Positions 43,024-45,627 of a stretch of 45,627 nucleotides of DNA are shown one piece after another. Origin of the DNA: Eubacteriales bacterium (GTDB lineage: Bacteria; Bacillota; Clostridia; Oscillospirales; CAG-272); contig JAZSJS010000087.1 of assembly GCA_045534435.1 (NCBI GenBank), positions 1-45,627 of the forward strand, written 5' to 3'. How positions within the stretch are numbered: position 1 is the first letter of the stretch; each line of letters starts with the position of its first letter. Both the position numbers and the translations under genes were made by a program. The notes under the pieces are model-generated. The model saw nothing but the letters and a program-made list of their open reading frames with translations. It had not been told where the DNA came from and did not search any database.

Positions 43024-44364
43024 TTAAGTTTTCGTATATAATGCTCCCGGCAGCTTTTGGATCAGCCCCAGGATCTCAAGCATCGTCAATGCGGAGATCA
43101 GATCTCCATATGGAAATCCCATCCCGCTCAGCGCGTCCACCGTGACCGCACGATCGTCGGGGATCGCCTTGAGGATCGCGACCTGAATCGCCGGCAGTGA
43201 CTTCAAAACCTCGTCCGGCGTCTGTCTCCCGACTTCCTCGGGGGGATCTGCCGCGGTTTTGCCCGCAGCCTCTCGCTCAACGGCCGTCTTTTTCTCTTTG
43301 ACGGCACTTTTTTTCGAAGCAGTCCGCTTCGGCTTCTCCTGCGTCACGGCAGGCGTCTTTTCCGTCTCCGCTTTCCCTGCTCCGGGATCCTTCCATTCGA
43401 TCACACCAAGCTCTGCCAGATACCGCAGATCCGGAATGGATGCGCGCGTGTTGTCCCCGAACGTGTTCCGCTTCAATACGTCACCGTAGAGTCCGCGGTA
43501 GCGTCGCAAAATATCCTCCGTCTCGATCACCGGATGCGCGCCGTCACGCAAAAGTCCGTTGGTGCCCTCCGCACCCGGAGAATCGATGTTCGCGGGAACG
43601 GTAAACACGTCCTTTCCCTGCAGGATCGCGTTTCTCGCCGTGATCAGCGATCCGCTTCCGATCCCCGCCTCAACGACGACGGTTCCCTGAGAAAGTCCGC
43701 TGATGATGCGGTTGCGCACGGGAAATTGATAATGATTGGGGGGTGTCCCCGGAGGATACTCTGAAAGGATCATGCCCTGCTTGGCGATCGCGCCCATCAG
43801 CCTTCTGTGATGCTTCGGATAGACGACGTCAAGTCCGCATCCCAGCACGGCAACGGTCTTGCCGCCTGCCGCAAGGGCTGCCGCGGCGCACACACCGTCG
43901 ATCCCCGCCGCCATTCCGCTCACGACCACACTGCCTGCCGTTGCAAGCTCGTAAGATAGTTTATACGCGCGCCTCAGTCCATATTCACTCATGCGGCGCG
44001 TTCCCACCATACCGATGCAAAGCAGATCGGAAAATTCCAACGGCTCACCGACGTAATACAGCACGATCGGAGGATCGCGCAATTCCCGAAGCGCCATCGG
44101 ATAGCACCTGTCACCGTAAGGCAGGATTCCGATCCCCAATCTCTCGCAGGTATCCAGGATCTTCGTTGCGGCATCCAGGCTCTTGTTCGAAAGAAGCGCA
44201 AGCGTGCGCGGGTGGATGCCTTCCAAGCGTTCCAGCTCTCCATCCTCTGCATGAAACAATTCATAGGGGTTGCCATACAACGCAATCAGCTTTGTAAAAT
44301 CCCGGTTTGCCGCGCCCAAGCGCTCTGCAAGCCACACCCAGAACAGCATTCCCTTTTGTCCCAT
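43024..44364 (-). CDS. dprA: DNA-processing protein DprA (Smf) with a Lys-rich linker and C-terminal winged-helix
   Basis: Rossmann-like core (VVSGMAAGIDGVCAAAAL..VAVLGCGLDVVYPKHH..FPVRNRIISGLS). Conserved dprA-topA synteny. Confidence 0.9.
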   Translation of the reverse strand: MGQKGMLFWVWLAERLGAANRDFTKLIALYGNPYELFHAEDGELERLEGIHPRTLALLSNKSLDAATKILDTCERLGIGILPYGDRCYPMALRELRDPPIVLYYVGEPLEFSDLLCIGMVGTRRMSEYGLRRAYKLSYELATAGSVVVSGMAAGIDGVCAAAALAAGGKTVAVLGCGLDVVYPKHHRRLMGAIAKQGMILSEYPPGTPPNHYQFPVRNRIISGLSQGTVVVEAGIGSGSLITARNAILQGKDVFTVPANIDSPGAEGTNGLLRDGAHPVIETEDILRRYRGLYGDVLKRNTFGDNTRASIPDLRYLAELGVIEWKDPGAGKAETEKTPAVTQEKPKRTASKKSAVKEKKTAVEREAAGKTAADPPEEVGRQTPDEVLKSLPAIQVAILKAIPDDRAVTVDALSGMGFPYGDLISALTMLEILGLIQKLPGALYTKT

Positions 44365-44391
44365 CGTTTTGCTCCTTTCTCGTTTTCTTTT

Positions 44392-45237
44392 TTATCCTCT
44401 CGGTTGTCCGATAAACTCCCACATCAAAATCGACGCCGCCACTGCCGCGTTGAAGGATTCCGCGCGGGAGGTCATGGGAATGATCACACTGCCGTCACAG
44501 GCAGAAACCGTCTCGTCGGAAAGCCCATGTCCCTCGTTGCCGATGACCACGCAGTCACCGTCACGCAAGGCAAAGCTCCCCAAGCGCACCGCGTTCTCAT
44601 TCAATGCCGCCGCAAAGACGCGACGACCGCTCTCGCGCAAGCCGCGAATGACGTCGGGAAGATTCTCCACACGGTCGATCGGCTGATCGAACAGTGTTCC
44701 CATTGAGGCGCGGATCGCACGCGGATTGTAAACATCCGCACAGTCCGCACTCACGATCAGGCGGTCTGCTCCGATCGCCGCAGCGCTGCGAATGATGGCT
44801 CCGATGTTGGAGGGATCACGCACCGATTCCAAGAGGACCAGGCGCTCGTTTTTCATGTTGAAAAAATCGGCGCTATTATATATTGTAACATTTTTTTGGA
44901 ATTTGTCAATATATTTTGCAATACTGATGATGCCCTCGGGCGATTTTTCTTCCGAAATTTTATCAAAAAGATCGTCGCAAAGCACCAAAACACGACCAAC
45001 GCCCTCAAAAGACGCGCCAACCGATTGACGAAGTCGCTCACACACCGAGTCGACGCTGGACTCGCGCAAGGCGACCAGCGTGATCTCCAGCCCCTTTTTG
45101 ACGGCCTCCTCGAAGAGCTTGATCCCGTCAAAGCGGAAGGTTTTGGTTGCTTCCCGCCCCTTTTTGTCCGCAAGCTTGCAGATCTCAACCACCGTTCGGT
45201 TCTGTCTGGAACGAATGACTTCCTCACCGAAAAACAT
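44392..45237 (-). CDS. TrmH/SpoU-family RNA 2'-O-methyltransferase
   Basis: ATG at 45237 (RBS aaggaggg; the tracked ORF begins at an in-frame TTG one codon earlier). SpoU motifs (DPSNIGAIIRSAAAIGAD, GNEGHGLS, IPM..RAESFNAAVAASI). Confidence 0.8.
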   Translation of the reverse strand: MFFGEEVIRSRQNRTVVEICKLADKKGREATKTFRFDGIKLFEEAVKKGLEITLVALRESSVDSVCERLRQSVGASFEGVGRVLVLCDDLFDKISEEKSPEGIISIAKYIDKFQKNVTIYNSADFFNMKNERLVLLESVRDPSNIGAIIRSAAAIGADRLIVSADCADVYNPRAIRASMGTLFDQPIDRVENLPDVIRGLRESGRRVFAAALNENAVRLGSFALRDGDCVVIGNEGHGLSDETVSACDGSVIIPMTSRAESFNAAVAASILMWEFIGQPRG

Positions 45238-45307
45238 CAAAAAGCCCTCCTTTTTGTCATTTTTTCAGCATTTCCTGTCAAATTGAAAGATCTCTATCAA
45301 TGACAAA

Positions 45308-45329
45308 AACCCGATGAATTCATCGGGTT
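45308..45329 (-). terminator. Rho-independent terminator after rplT
   Basis: aacccgatgaattcatcgggtt palindrome. T-run follows on the minus strand. Confidence 0.8.
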
Positions 45330-45343
45330 TTCGATTGTTTGAC

Positions 45344-45627
45344 TCAGAGAGCCGCCTTTGCCTGTGCGCAGAGTGCTGCGAATGCTTCCTTGTCGGAAAC
45401 AGCCAGCTCAGCGAGCATCTTGCGGTTGAGGTTGATGCCTGCCTTCTTCAGACCGTGCATGAAGGTAGAATAGTTCATGCCGTTTACCTTTGCCTGTGCA
45501 GAGATACGTGCGATCCAAAGACGTCTGAAGTCTCTCTTCTTCTGCTTACGGCCTATGAATGCATAGTTGCCGCTCTTCATTACAGCCTGCTTAGCCATCT
45601 TGAAGTGCTTGCTCTTTGCTCCCCAGT
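45344..45627 (-). CDS. rplT: 50S ribosomal protein L20, 5' end cut by the window edge
   Basis: ..[70 protein letters not shown] matches L20. The frame stays open to the window end. Confidence 0.9.
   Translation of the reverse strand, partial: WGAKSKHFKMAKQAVMKSGNYAFIGRKQKKRDFRRLWIARISAQAKVNGMNYSTFMHGLKKAGINLNRKMLAELAVSDKEAFAALCAQAKAAL

Overview
This 45.6 kb window is a chromosomal segment from a Gram-positive anaerobe, Clostridia-like by protein content. GC is high (about 58-62% in hand-counted lines), with a lower-GC stretch at about 13-18 kb.

**Layout**
- 18.4-45.6 kb: an unbroken run of minus-strand housekeeping genes in well-known syntenies. In transcription order: rplT, TrmH-family methyltransferase, dprA-topA-trmFO, plsX-rnc-(ELP3-like radical SAM)-smc-ftsY, rdgB, a membrane protein, yhbY-nadD-yqeK-LCP-rsfS-leuS.
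- 22.3-24.6 kb: a small accessory group (atypical OmpR-type regulator, membrane-anchored protein, EEP-family phosphoesterase).
- 18.4-22.3 kb: a promoter-defined cassette (HprK-like P-loop kinase, PqqD/RRE, cytoplasmic S24/S26 peptidase), followed by a UPF0597 cysteine-desulfidase-like gene and an SGNH hydrolase.
- 18.08-18.27 kb: tRNA-Thr(UGU) and tRNA-Tyr(GUA).
- 13-18 kb: a lower-GC stretch with a sigma-70/ECF-type factor carrying a large C-terminal extension, an ArsR-AraC fusion regulator, a stand-alone HMA metallochaperone and a Cd/Zn-type P1B ATPase.
- 0-13 kb: trkA-trkH, Fe-ADH plus a beta-propeller protein, a fused double-DUF1538 membrane protein with a fused tandem P-II-like protein, a CNNM/CorC-OadB-OadG-like operon with a long structured leader, and SleC-like and PG-binding proteins.

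**Best candidates for undescribed biology**
1. The orphan HprK-like/PqqD/S24-S26 cassette, which has no precursor or core RiPP enzyme nearby.
2. The DUF1538x2 plus P-IIx2 pair.
3. A Pro-rich leader ORF plus intrinsic terminator upstream of the CNNM/CorC operon.
4. The ArsR-AraC fusion regulator with overlapping divergent promoters.

The many long ORFs antisense to real genes are treated as GC-driven artefacts. All family calls come from motif recognition by eye. No database search was run.
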